64,000 bases of DNA from a virus. The stretch spans positions 1,523 to 65,522 of the IMG/VR virus record IMGVR_UViG_3300018877_000005. The stretch is one strand, 5' to 3'. Under the pieces are notes generated by a model, which was not told the DNA's origin, ran no database searches, and saw only the letters and a program-made list of their open reading frames with translations. The position numbers and the translations under genes were made by a program. This document shows, piece after piece, positions 45,231 to 54,842 of the stretch (its first letter is position 1; every line of letters begins with the position of its first letter).

Positions 45231-48200
45231 GCTACTTTTCGGTGAAGCCTCTCGCCTCCTGGCCGTATGTGGAGGTGTCGGAGGTTGACGAGCGCACGGG
45301 CGCGGCAACGCCCATCGAGATCGAGCCGCCGTTGATCGTGGCTCCGACCGCGTTCCGCGTCTCGCCCGAGGCCGACCAAGCCGCCTTCGTCTACAGCATG
45401 CGCCAGGGGCAGACACCCGGTCTCGGCAACCCCAATGAGCCGCCTCCGCCCGAGGGGATCAAGGTGTTCTCCCACGATGACGCCTATCTCCTCTTCGGCG
45501 GCAACGCGGGCGACGGTCCCGCGCTCTATCGGCGCAGCGGCCCGACCTATATCCACCTCGAAGCTGACCCCCTACCGTTCTCGGGCGGCTACATCACGCT
45601 CGCGGCGTTCGCGCCTGGCACCCATAAGCTCGCCCTCGTGCGGTCGAGCGAGCCGGCCAAAGTGTATGTCTTAGATCGGGGGGAGAACAAATACCTCGCG
45701 GGAGCCTCGCTGACGGCCTCGGGCAACGTTTGGGATGTCTGGTACTCGGAGGGTGGGAAATTCCTGTGTGTGACGCTGGAATCCGCGTCCACGCTCTATC
45801 TCGCGGACAACCTCGCGCCCGTGAGTGGACTTCCTGCCGGGAAGGTGCTCGCAATCTCCCCCGACGAGCAGTACGCGGTTGTCGATGATCGTACCTTTGC
45901 GGGAACCCTCAAGGTGTATCGGTTCGACGGGAGCGCCTTCAGCCTCTATTCAGACGCACCGGGAACCGAAGGCTCGAACCGAAGGGCGAAGTTCTCACCG
46001 GATGGCGTGACTCTCCTCGCCTCGTGCGCCACGACGGAGAGCATCAAATCGCCCGTAATCCTGGCGCAGCACGAGGGCGCATTCAAGCTCGTCGCGTCAA
46101 AGTCCCGTGTGGGATCGGGGGGCTCGTTTGACGACATCGTGTTCAGCGCAGACTCGCAGCGCATGTTCCACTCTCTCAAAGAGACCGCCGCCTCGGAATC
46201 CGTCATTGAGGCATACATGCGGGGGGCTGTCGAGGTGGGCTCCCTTCAGGCGCTCGACTTTCCGGCAACGAAGCCGACCAGCGTCAACGGGCAATCCGTC
46301 GCCTTTTCGCCGGGGGGCGACTATCTCGCGGCGACGGGTGGGCTACTCTACATCTACAAGCGGGAGGGCTCCACCTTCACGCGACTTACACCCTCCAACA
46401 GCGCCACCGGGGCGATTTCCGCAGCCTTCTCGCCCGATGATGTCTATCTCGCCGTAGGCTATGCGGGTGCGAGCAGCGGCACGGGCGCGGTCTCACTGTT
46501 CAAGCGGGACGGAGATACCTTTACGCACGTCCACCGCTCTACCATTTCTCTCGACGGGGCGGCCAAACTGGCATGGTCGCCGGACGGAGTTCACCTCGCA
46601 CTCACGAACGGGCAGAACACCGGCTACCGCATGTTCAAGCGCAGCGGGGATAGTTTCGTCAGCCTCACCATCCCGACCGAAGCCACCGTCGGCACGATCA
46701 CCGTTTTGACGTTCTCTCCTGACGGTCAGAACTTCGCTATCGGGTGGAACGGAGGGGCGGCGTACCCCACGGGGGGCGGCCTTGTGATTTACAGCCGCAG
46801 CGGTGACACGTTCGCCCGGCAGACCGTACTCACCTCACTCTTGTCAGCCGTCGGCCCGACCTGCGCAGCCTATTCGCCGGACGCCTCACAATTCCTCGTG
46901 GGTGACGGCTCGGACATCGTTCAGTTCACACGCAGCGGGAATGACTACACAAAGCTCGACTCCGTTGCGGCGGAGGGAGTCCTAACAGCAATCGCCTTCG
47001 CGTCCAATGGATCGAGTGTGGCGGTCGCGCACAATGGGGGAACCTTCCTGTCGGTCTATGGGGTTTCGGGGGCGTCTCTGACGCTCAGGAACGACGCGGC
47101 CACGGCCCCATCAGGCGTTCCAAAGAGTGTCGCCATCACGCCCGACGGCGACTACATCGCAACGCTCCACAACGCATCGCCTTACTTGACGGTGTTCCAT
47201 GAGGAGGAGCCCTACACACTCACAACCTACCTCTTGGAAGCCTCAATCCCGACGGGTGCAGCCCTGCGCAAGATTTGGTGCCTGTCCCCCGAGGGTGATC
47301 TCCTCCACTTCGGATCGGGCGGAACCAACTGGCATATCAGGACCTCAAGCCCATTCGGGGACGTGCTCTACGTGCCGTTCGAGGGCGATTACGAGGCTCG
47401 CTTCGTCTCGGACGTGCTCTACAGCCCGACCGGGCGCACGGTGATTTGGACGAGCCCTGCCGGACTCCAGGCGGCCACCTCGGACTATGACAATCAATAC
47501 ACGAAGTTCTCCCGCCTGAACGGCGTGTTCGTGAGCGTCTACACCCGCAAGGATGACAGCTTGGTTGAGAAGGGCTTCGTCACCCATGCCGAGGGGAGCC
47601 GGATCAGCAACATCGTGTTCTCGAAGACACCCCTGAGCCTGAGCTACTTCGTGGCGCACGACCAGGGCTCGGCGGCGGTGCGCGGTCGCCATATCTTCGA
47701 CACCCACGGCAACGTGCTCGCGCTCAAGGGCGTCGAGTTCGAGGATGGGATGACGGCTTCGTTCCTGGCCTACTCGCCGTTCGAGGAGCATTTCGCCGTC
47801 ACCTACCAATACACGGGCAAACCAAGCGAGATCGTCCTTTATCGCTTCGACGCGCAACTGAACTACGTTGAGCTTGATCGTGAGCCCGTGCCGTTCGGCC
47901 CGGTCGCCTATTCCTCGTGTGAGGACATTGTGGTTGCACACGGCGGCACGGCGAAACCCTTCACGATTTACAAGCGTATCGAAACCGAGCTTGTGGAACA
48001 GCCTTACCCTGAGATGGATTGGCAGCACGAGGGGCTCATCCTCGACATCGCGTTCATGAACAACTGCGAGCAACTTGTCGTGGTGACGCCGGACAAGATT
48101 GTCGTGGTCGAGAAGGACGAGGACGGGGTTGAGGAGAGCGACTCGGATCAGACGGACGGCGGCGAGGGTGATCCTCAACTTGACGTGCGCCCCGATGGAA

Positions 48201-48337
48201 CGGTGGGCGTGACCTATCCGACACCGGGCGGGGGCGGCACCGGGGGCGGGGGTGAATGGCAGGTCGATCCTGGCGGCAACCTCGTCGCGGTCAAATACAT
48301 CCCCTACGCGACGGTTCATGTGACCTATCGACTCTAG
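45227..48337 (+). CDS. Large multi-beta-propeller virion protein, candidate receptor-binding protein
   Basis: Repeated FSPDG-type WD40-like blades over 1036 aa. Confidence 0.7.
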   Translation: MSYFSVKPLASWPYVEVSEVDERTGAATPIEIEPPLIVAPTAFRVSPEADQAAFVYSMRQGQTPGLGNPNEPPPPEGIKVFSHDDAYLLFGGNAGDGPALYRRSGPTYIHLEADPLPFSGGYITLAAFAPGTHKLALVRSSEPAKVYVLDRGENKYLAGASLTASGNVWDVWYSEGGKFLCVTLESASTLYLADNLAPVSGLPAGKVLAISPDEQYAVVDDRTFAGTLKVYRFDGSAFSLYSDAPGTEGSNRRAKFSPDGVTLLASCATTESIKSPVILAQHEGAFKLVASKSRVGSGGSFDDIVFSADSQRMFHSLKETAASESVIEAYMRGAVEVGSLQALDFPATKPTSVNGQSVAFSPGGDYLAATGGLLYIYKREGSTFTRLTPSNSATGAISAAFSPDDVYLAVGYAGASSGTGAVSLFKRDGDTFTHVHRSTISLDGAAKLAWSPDGVHLALTNGQNTGYRMFKRSGDSFVSLTIPTEATVGTITVLTFSPDGQNFAIGWNGGAAYPTGGGLVIYSRSGDTFARQTVLTSLLSAVGPTCAAYSPDASQFLVGDGSDIVQFTRSGNDYTKLDSVAAEGVLTAIAFASNGSSVAVAHNGGTFLSVYGVSGASLTLRNDAATAPSGVPKSVAITPDGDYIATLHNASPYLTVFHEEEPYTLTTYLLEASIPTGAALRKIWCLSPEGDLLHFGSGGTNWHIRTSSPFGDVLYVPFEGDYEARFVSDVLYSPTGRTVIWTSPAGLQAATSDYDNQYTKFSRLNGVFVSVYTRKDDSLVEKGFVTHAEGSRISNIVFSKTPLSLSYFVAHDQGSAAVRGRHIFDTHGNVLALKGVEFEDGMTASFLAYSPFEEHFAVTYQYTGKPSEIVLYRFDAQLNYVELDREPVPFGPVAYSSCEDIVVAHGGTAKPFTIYKRIETELVEQPYPEMDWQHEGLILDIAFMNNCEQLVVVTPDKIVVVEKDEDGVEESDSDQTDGGEGDPQLDVRPDGTVGVTYPTPGGGGTGGGGEWQVDPGGNLVAVKYIPYATVHVTYRL

Positions 48338-48405
48338 CTTTCTTGTGAAAGTCAACAAAAACGTGTAAGTCCAACTTTGAGGTTCTAAGCAAAGGAGTCA
48401 GAACC

Positions 48406-48834
48406 ATGGGTGTGAGATTATCCGCCGTTGCCGCCATTGCAGCGTGCAACGCCATCAATCGCCTCCTCGATATGTCGGACACGCCGGGCTCGCTCGTGGT
48501 CTATGACGGGGCTCGCCCGGCCAATGTCGATACGGCGATCTCGACGCAGAAGGCGCTTGTCACCTTCGTCTTGCCGAATCCGGCCTTCAACAATGCCGTG
48601 GATACCACGAACGGCGGCCACGCGACGGCAGGGGCGGTCACGCCCGTCAAGGCGGCTCAGACCGGCACCGCGACGTTCTTTCGCATCTTCGACGGTGATG
48701 GCGTGGCGGTGTTCGACGGTACGGTCACGGACACGACCGGCAACGGCGATCTCAAGCTCTCCTCGACCGCCGTCATCAAGGACATTGACGTAACCGTCGT
48801 CTCTCTGACGACCACGATGCCGAAGGGAGCCTAA
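48406..48834 (+). CDS. Conserved virion structural protein
   Basis: GSLVVYDGARPA, GTATFFRI.D, DLKLSST. Confidence 0.65.
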   Translation: MGVRLSAVAAIAACNAINRLLDMSDTPGSLVVYDGARPANVDTAISTQKALVTFVLPNPAFNNAVDTTNGGHATAGAVTPVKAAQTGTATFFRIFDGDGVAVFDGTVTDTTGNGDLKLSSTAVIKDIDVTVVSLTTTMPKGA

Positions 48835-48838
48835 CACC

Positions 48839-50326
48839 ATGGCACAGGGCAATCCCCTCCTCGCCGCCTGGGGTAGCGATACTCTCCGTCTCTTCGAGTT
48901 GAGCGAGGCGGGGTTTGTCCAGCGTGCCTCAACGGCATTCGCGCATAACGTAAATGCAGGTCCCGATTATCCCCCGCAGTTCTTTTTCCCTCGCGATAGT
49001 GGATTCGTCGGCGGGGTTCGGGCGAGCACCAACACTGTCCGAACGGCGACCACGTTTACGCAGACGCTCTCGCAAATATCAGCACAAAGCGTCTCGGGTG
49101 GGGGCGCGGTAGGGGCTCAGAACGGGTTCTTGACATTCAATCCGGTTGACAACCTCTACATCAGCATCGCGCAAGTTCACCCGTCGAGTACAAACGCGGT
49201 GGGCCTCGTGAACGCCGACGGGACCATCAGTGCGGTCGGCTCAACCACTCTCGCTTATGCCAACCTTCCGCTGCTTGGGGCAAAGCTGCGCATGGCGTCG
49301 ATGGCACCGGACGGGACCATTGTTGCCCGTGGTGCGGCGGTGGATGCCTCGACGTACAACGATATATTCGTTCGCCCTGTTGACGATACTACCAAGTACG
49401 GGTTCCTCGCAGCCACACGCAAGCCGTACCACAACCTCTATGCCTGGGACGTACACGGGTGGTCGGCAGACAGCCGGTTCTTCCTGGCCGGGACTAAGAG
49501 CCCGAACGGCTTTGTCGAGATCAACAAGAGGTACGCTTATGACACGCTGACGAAGGTCGGAGAAATCCGCCTCGCGGGGTTCTATCCGACCGCAATCGCG
49601 TTCTCTCCCAACACGCGATATGTCGCGATCACATGGACAGATGGTACGGCGGTCAAGACCGTCATCTATCGCCGCTACGGCAACACGTTCTCGCATGCGA
49701 TGGAAGTTCCGGTCTTCGGGGCGATCAACGGTTACGTGATCGGCTGGACGGCGGACGGCCAGTATCTCATCGACGCCGCCAACCGGAAGGCCATGAAATA
49801 CGAGGGGGGCGTATTCTCACCCGCCGACGAGATCATGGCGAACGTCCCGGCGGGCATCGTGTCGATGGCCGTGAGTACGCATGTCAAGCACGTCACCGGA
49901 CGCGGGATGCTCTATGACGGCGCGGTCTCCGATCTCGTCCGTGGGCGCGTCAACCTTGCATCGCTGAAGCTCGCACTCCTCAAGGACGGGGCCGGGTTCA
50001 TTCAATCGCAAACCTCCCTGGCCGCCGTCACGGCGAACGGCACACTTGAGGCGTGGGGCAACGGTTGGCCGCTCGGAGGCAAGCCGATCCCGAACGTTCG
50101 CATGGTCGAGACCTCACCCTCGACGTTCTCGTATCGCGGCGACTCGATCAAGCAGGTGATTGTCGATGGCAACCTCACGGCCCGCTACGGCGTGATCTAT
50201 GACGACGCGAACGCCAATAAGAAGCCGCTTCTCTTCATCGATTTCCAGAGGGAGTTGTTTGCCGAGAAGGATACGGAGGTGACGCTCACGTTCGACTCGC
50301 TCGGCTTCATCACCTACAGCGCATAA
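48839..50326 (+). CDS. Beta-propeller plus C-terminal tail-protein domain
   Basis: WSADSRF, FSPNTRY, WTADGQY blades; LKLALL..RYGVIYDD..PLLFIDF. Confidence 0.65.
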   Translation: MAQGNPLLAAWGSDTLRLFELSEAGFVQRASTAFAHNVNAGPDYPPQFFFPRDSGFVGGVRASTNTVRTATTFTQTLSQISAQSVSGGGAVGAQNGFLTFNPVDNLYISIAQVHPSSTNAVGLVNADGTISAVGSTTLAYANLPLLGAKLRMASMAPDGTIVARGAAVDASTYNDIFVRPVDDTTKYGFLAATRKPYHNLYAWDVHGWSADSRFFLAGTKSPNGFVEINKRYAYDTLTKVGEIRLAGFYPTAIAFSPNTRYVAITWTDGTAVKTVIYRRYGNTFSHAMEVPVFGAINGYVIGWTADGQYLIDAANRKAMKYEGGVFSPADEIMANVPAGIVSMAVSTHVKHVTGRGMLYDGAVSDLVRGRVNLASLKLALLKDGAGFIQSQTSLAAVTANGTLEAWGNGWPLGGKPIPNVRMVETSPSTFSYRGDSIKQVIVDGNLTARYGVIYDDANANKKPLLFIDFQRELFAEKDTEVTLTFDSLGFITYSA

Positions 50327-50335
50327 GGGGCGGTC

Positions 50336-51418
50336 ATGGCCGAGGATTTTACGTCTGACGAGGATATTGTCCAAACCCCTGCATACATCATCCTCCCTGA
50401 CGTAATCACGGTTGGGGCGAGGGGGGCGACGGGTGCCGCCCCCATCACTTCCGATAACGTCCCCATGAGCTTTGACCTGGGCGGGGCGGTCATCGACGTG
50501 AACGGTCTCGGCACAACTGACTCCTGGCGTCTGCCGGACTTCAACTATGGCTATGGGGACCTCGGGTTCCCGGCCTTCGGCGCGTCCGCTCGCCTCAAAT
50601 TCGAGTACACGGTCAGGTCCTCGTCGCGCTTCCCGGCCTTCGGCGCGTCCGGCCTCGCGACCTTCCCCCTCAAACTCTATGGCGGGGATGCCACCTTCCC
50701 GGCCTTCGAGGTGTCGGGCGTAGCCGAGCCGTCCGTCATCGACGTTCGCGGCGAGGTGCGATTCCCGGCCTTCGGAGTCGAGGGGCAGGTCGCCGTCCCG
50801 TTCGCCATGACGGGCGAGACGCGATTCCCGGCCTTCGGGGCGGCGGGGCGGGCTTCCTTCCCCATCGAGCTACGCGCTGCGGTGGGCTTCCCGCCATTCA
50901 TCCTGAGCGTCGAAGTCGATTACACGCGCCCGCCCGATGTCGATGTCACGGGCTCCCCGACCTTCCCGACCTTCGAGGCGGCGGGCGACCTCTACATGCC
51001 GACATGGGGGAGGGGCGTGTCCGCGTTCCCGACCTTCCGTGCGATGGGCGAGGCGACATCGCCGCTGTGGCTCAGGGCGGACGCCACGTTCCCGGCCATG
51101 GCCTCGGACGGTTTGGTCTTCATCCCGATCCGAGGCAACGGGCACGCCACGTTCCCGACGTTCACGGCGGAGGCGCGAGGCGGTCGCCCGGTCTCCCTCG
51201 ACGCCAACACGGTGTTTCCGAAGTTCGGCGTCACGGCGAGCGCCATGCAGGCTATCGAGATCGTCGGGGACGCCACGTTCCCCGGCTTCAGGACCCGCAT
51301 CATCGTCAACGGACTACCGGCAGAGGGTGGCGGCGGTACGCGCTTCGGATCGTTTGGCGGGGTCGCCATCGGAGGAAGCGTGATGTTCGGACACGGCAAC
51401 ACAATGAGGATTGGATAA
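50336..51418 (+). CDS. Repeat fibre-like protein with about 12 FPxF repeats of about 21 aa
   Basis: FPAF/FPTF units from about 50560 to 51300. Confidence 0.65.
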   Translation: MAEDFTSDEDIVQTPAYIILPDVITVGARGATGAAPITSDNVPMSFDLGGAVIDVNGLGTTDSWRLPDFNYGYGDLGFPAFGASARLKFEYTVRSSSRFPAFGASGLATFPLKLYGGDATFPAFEVSGVAEPSVIDVRGEVRFPAFGVEGQVAVPFAMTGETRFPAFGAAGRASFPIELRAAVGFPPFILSVEVDYTRPPDVDVTGSPTFPTFEAAGDLYMPTWGRGVSAFPTFRAMGEATSPLWLRADATFPAMASDGLVFIPIRGNGHATFPTFTAEARGGRPVSLDANTVFPKFGVTASAMQAIEIVGDATFPGFRTRIIVNGLPAEGGGGTRFGSFGGVAIGGSVMFGHGNTMRIG

Positions 51419-51694
51419 ATGGCAAGCACGCTCGCCCATGATGTCACACAAGACGAGTGGACCCTCGTCGCAGAGGGATCGAAGAACGTCGCGATCCAGC
51501 TTGCGGAGCAAGGGCAAATCCGCATCCACGTCGGGGAGGTGGAACCGTCGGTCGGCTCTGCCGGCATCCTTATCGGCGTGGGTACGCCGGGGCTCCCGTC
51601 GGAGTTCTCGTGCGCGGGTCTTCCCGACGGCGTTCGGGTCTGGAGTCGCGCCAACGATGACGACGTTGTGAGCATTGTCGTGATGCAATACTGA
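51419..51694 (+). CDS. Small hypothetical virion protein
   Basis: End of the tail operon. Confidence 0.55.
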   Translation: MASTLAHDVTQDEWTLVAEGSKNVAIQLAEQGQIRIHVGEVEPSVGSAGILIGVGTPGLPSEFSCAGLPDGVRVWSRANDDDVVSIVVMQY

Positions 51695-51772
51695 AAAAAT
51701 CCACGGCTGCGCTTTGCCCCGTGTCAACCCTATGGTAGAGATTCACCAGAAAGTTGACATGGGGCTTTTCTT

Positions 51773-52858
51773 ATGCAGATCACACGAGCGGAGCTTGCCG
51801 CCGTCGAGGCGAAGGCCAAGCAACACGGATGGGAGTTAGCTGCGCTCCTGTCCGTTATCAAGACCGAGAGTGACGGGGTATTCCTGACTCCGGTCAATGG
51901 GCGACCGGAGCCCGTCATTCGGTGGGAGGGGCATTACTTCGACCGGCTCCTCTCCGGTGCCAAGCGGGAGAAGGCCCGCAAGCAGAAGCTCGCAAGTCCC
52001 AAGGCGGGCGCGATCAAGAACCCGAAATCCCAAGCCGACCGCTACGCGCTCCTCGAACGCGCCAAGCTCATTGACGAGGACGCGGCCCTGATGTCGTGCT
52101 CCTGGGGCGGCGGGCAGGTCATGGGCTCCCATTGGGAGGACCTCGGCTACCCAAGCGTTCAAGCGTTCGTCGCAAAGGCCCGCTCGGGCTTCGCCGGGCA
52201 GCTTGAAATCATGTGCCAGTTCATCGTCAAGAACGGCCTCGGGGACGAGATCGAGCGCCTCGACTTCGCAGGGTTCGCCCGTGGATACAACGGCCCGAAC
52301 TTCCGCGCCCTCGGGTACGATAAGAAGCTCAAGGCGAACTACGAGTTCTTCGCCGGTAAGCCGGTCGCCACCTCCCCGGCCTCGGGTATGCTGCGCATGG
52401 GCGCGAAGGGTGCCGCCGTGCGCGAGCTTCAAACCCTCCTCGGACGTGCCGGCCTCGTGGTGAAGGTGGATGGGGACTTCGGCCCGGCGACCCGCGATGC
52501 CGTGAAGGTGTTCCAAGAGCTTTCGGGCCTCACCGTGGACGGCGTTGCCGGTCCCGCCACCATGAAGCTCCTCCTGGCCCGCAAGGCGAGCCCTGACGAG
52601 GTTCCCGGCAAGATCGCCCTCGCGGACCTGCCGGAAGCCAAGACGGCCCTCGGCGGCGTTCTGAGCGGCCTTACCTCGGCCACGGCGGCGGGTGAGATCA
52701 ACACCCTTGCCGACAAGCTCAATTCGACCGGCTTGCAGTTCTTCGAGTACGCCGCGAGCGGCCTCTACCTCGTGGCGGGCGTCCTTGTGGTCGGGGGTCT
52801 CGCTTACGGCCTCTATGGTCGCCTCAAGTCGAACCGGACCTTCGAGGGGACGACCTGA
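51773..52858 (+). CDS. Endolysin: DUF3380-type N-acetylmuramidase, peptidoglycan-binding domain and hydrophobic C-terminus
   Basis: KTESDG, IRWEGHYF, SWGGGQVMG, FARGYNG; VDGDFGPAT..FQ..GL.VDGVAGPAT. Confidence 0.88.
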   Translation: MQITRAELAAVEAKAKQHGWELAALLSVIKTESDGVFLTPVNGRPEPVIRWEGHYFDRLLSGAKREKARKQKLASPKAGAIKNPKSQADRYALLERAKLIDEDAALMSCSWGGGQVMGSHWEDLGYPSVQAFVAKARSGFAGQLEIMCQFIVKNGLGDEIERLDFAGFARGYNGPNFRALGYDKKLKANYEFFAGKPVATSPASGMLRMGAKGAAVRELQTLLGRAGLVVKVDGDFGPATRDAVKVFQELSGLTVDGVAGPATMKLLLARKASPDEVPGKIALADLPEAKTALGGVLSGLTSATAAGEINTLADKLNSTGLQFFEYAASGLYLVAGVLVVGGLAYGLYGRLKSNRTFEGTT

Positions 52859-53196
52859 TGTTCGACGCCCTCAAAGAGTTCGTCACCTACACCGTGCCGT
52901 GGTGGACGTGGATCGTCCCCGCTGGCGCGGCAGGGGTGGCTATCTTCGTCAGCGTCAGCCGTGTGGTCGGCTGGCGCAACGCCCTCATCATCACCCTCGG
53001 TTACGTCATGGCCGTCATCACCGCCCTCGCACAATCCCGTGGCCGGCAGCAGGGGTGGAAGGATCGCATCAAACAGGAGAACAGAGATGCAGAGACGCTT
53101 GTTTCTCGGGCGAATGCTGCGCGTGAGCGCACTCGTCGCGACAATGGCACTCGTGAGCGGCTGTATCACGACGACGGGTTCAAGCGGGGCAGCTAA
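52858..53196 (+). CDS. Inner-membrane spanin (Rz-like)
   Basis: N-terminal hydrophobic segments, helical C-terminus overlapping a lipoprotein gene. Confidence 0.6.
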   Translation: MFDALKEFVTYTVPWWTWIVPAGAAGVAIFVSVSRVVGWRNALIITLGYVMAVITALAQSRGRQQGWKDRIKQENRDAETLVSRANAARERTRRDNGTRERLYHDDGFKRGS

Positions 53197-53323
53197 GGCC
53201 CTCTGCGAGACCTTCCGACCGACAACGTGGTCTGATGGGGACACCCCCGAGACCGTGGCACAGATCAAGGAACACAACGCCGTCTGGAAAGACCTCTGCG
53301 GCAGGAACCGGGGACCGACATGA
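53087..53323 (+). CDS. Outer-membrane spanin lipoprotein (Rz1-like)
   Basis: Signal peptide with lipobox LVSG-C; overlaps the i-spanin 3' end; CAGGAG RBS. Confidence 0.7.
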   Translation: MQRRLFLGRMLRVSALVATMALVSGCITTTGSSGAAKALCETFRPTTWSDGDTPETVAQIKEHNAVWKDLCGRNRGPT

Positions 53324-53595
53324 GTGAGGATACACTAACCGCAATCAAGGTCGCCCTTGGCAAGATCGAGGTGACGACAGAGGCAACGAGCCGCCGCATG
53401 GAGGTTATCGAGACAAAGTTGAGTGGTGTCATGGTTGACAAGGACCTTGATCCCATGCGTGAGCAAATCAAGTCGATCTCGATCCGTTTGAAATCCCTTG
53501 AGAGCTTTCAAACATGGCTCCAGCGGGGAATCCTGGCCCTCGTGTTCGCGGCCCTCTTCGGGCTCCTCGTGACGACGAAGAAAGCCGGAATGTGA
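53320..53595 (+). CDS. Coiled-coil protein with a C-terminal TM segment, possible holin-type lysis protein
   Basis: WLQRGILALVFAALFGLLV; last gene of the lysis cassette. Confidence 0.45.
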   Translation: MSEDTLTAIKVALGKIEVTTEATSRRMEVIETKLSGVMVDKDLDPMREQIKSISIRLKSLESFQTWLQRGILALVFAALFGLLVTTKKAGM

Positions 53596-53611
53596 TCCGC
53601 CGCCACGGCTG

Positions 53612-53654
53612 AAAAGAAGAAGCCCGCGATGACGATCATCGCGGGCTTTCTTTA
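53612..53654. terminator. Bidirectional terminator between the late operon and the right arm
   Basis: AAGCCCGCGATGA-cga-TCATCGCGGGCTT flanked by A and T tracts. Confidence 0.85.
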
Positions 53655-53659
53655 AAGGA

Positions 53660-53887
53660 TCAGTTTGTCGGGATCGCGCCCGCTTGGACGGCATCGAGCA
53701 CATAAATGGACTGGCTCCATTTGATGTAGCTCTCAGGCAGTCCAGCGTTGATAGCGGGCCTACTGTCGAGAATGGTTTGAAGACGCTCAACCTCGGCCCG
53801 TAATTGCTCGTTCTCATTCTCCAACTTCGCAACACGCTTGGACGTGGACCGCTGACCTCGGCGGTAGGCTGCTTGAAATTCACTCAT
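53660..53887 (-). CDS. Hypothetical protein
   Basis: ATG at 53887 overlapping the upstream stop. Confidence 0.55.
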   Translation of the reverse strand: MSEFQAAYRRGQRSTSKRVAKLENENEQLRAEVERLQTILDSRPAINAGLPESYIKWSQSIYVLDAVQAGAIPTN

Positions 53888-54186
53888 GGTGCTTCCTCGA
53901 CTTTGCATCGCATCCAGCGGGTTTTGAGGGCGCGATAAGAGCGGGCGTCTAAGGCCACGGTCTCAATGATGTCGCCGTTGTCATCCAAGACATCGGCAAG
54001 GTGGTCTTCGATCTTCCCCCCCACCTCAACGCGGCCAGATATTGCAGCTCGTCGCAGAACCGTATCGACCGCCGTAGCACCTTCAGCAAACCGGACAGCC
54101 TCGCACGCGATCAAGCGCCCGCTCCGATCAATCCTGAATAGCTTTATTCCGACCGCATCTTGGGGGACTGATAGGTCCATATTCAC
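53884..54186 (-). CDS. Hypothetical protein
   Basis: ORF track. Confidence 0.55.
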   Translation of the reverse strand: MNMDLSVPQDAVGIKLFRIDRSGRLIACEAVRFAEGATAVDTVLRRAAISGRVEVGGKIEDHLADVLDDNGDIIETVALDARSYRALKTRWMRCKVEEAP

Positions 54187-54237
54187 ATTCCTATTGAGGA
54201 AAATCGTTCGTGGGAGTACCTACAAACGAGCAGAAGG

Positions 54238-54531
54238 TCACGAGTCCATGAGCACGAAGCCAAGCCCGTCGAGAAAGGCGGTCGCGGTCGCCCCCAACAC
54301 GCCGTTGTCGTCGGGCTTGATTGCCAGGACGATCTTACGCAGGATCATAGGCTCCTCGTGCTGGCGGATGAAGCTCCGCACCTCGCCTAAGAGTTCCCGC
54401 CCTCGGATCAAATCGGCCTCGTTATTCCCACTGTCCTTCACGTCCCAATAGTTGAGCGTGTCGTTCGCGCCGACGCTGACGCAAGAAAGGGACGAGTGCC
54501 GTTCAATCTTCGTGATCTGCCCCAACATCAT
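54238..54531 (-). CDS. Hypothetical protein
   Basis: ORF track, start reassigned. Confidence 0.5.
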   Translation of the reverse strand: MMLGQITKIERHSSLSCVSVGANDTLNYWDVKDSGNNEADLIRGRELLGEVRSFIRQHEEPMILRKIVLAIKPDDNGVLGATATAFLDGLGFVLMDS

Positions 54532-54842
54532 TCTTCTACCTACCTTTTGGATTTCAACATCAGGTTGACACTTCGCCACAAGACTTTTCGCCCGCTTTAC
54601 TTGCGCAGGTCAAATAGATGTTGTTTGCTGCCCTGTTAATGTGAGTTGTCGAGGTGTGGCGGGTTCGATGTCCAGAGGGTTTCAGCCGCGCCACCTCGAT
54701 AGGTTTGGATTTAGCGGAGACATTTACTTAGGTAAAGCGGAATTTCACCATTCATCTCACTTTTATGTTGGAATCTGACTCCATTATGGTGACAGATTTT
54801 CACAGATTGCACCGTGGATTCTGTGGGTTAATACCTAGGCTG

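Noticed and set aside
54649-54699. GGTTCGA-containing hairpin as a tRNA
   Set aside because: No cloverleaf, D arm or anticodon arm; only an imperfect stem-loop
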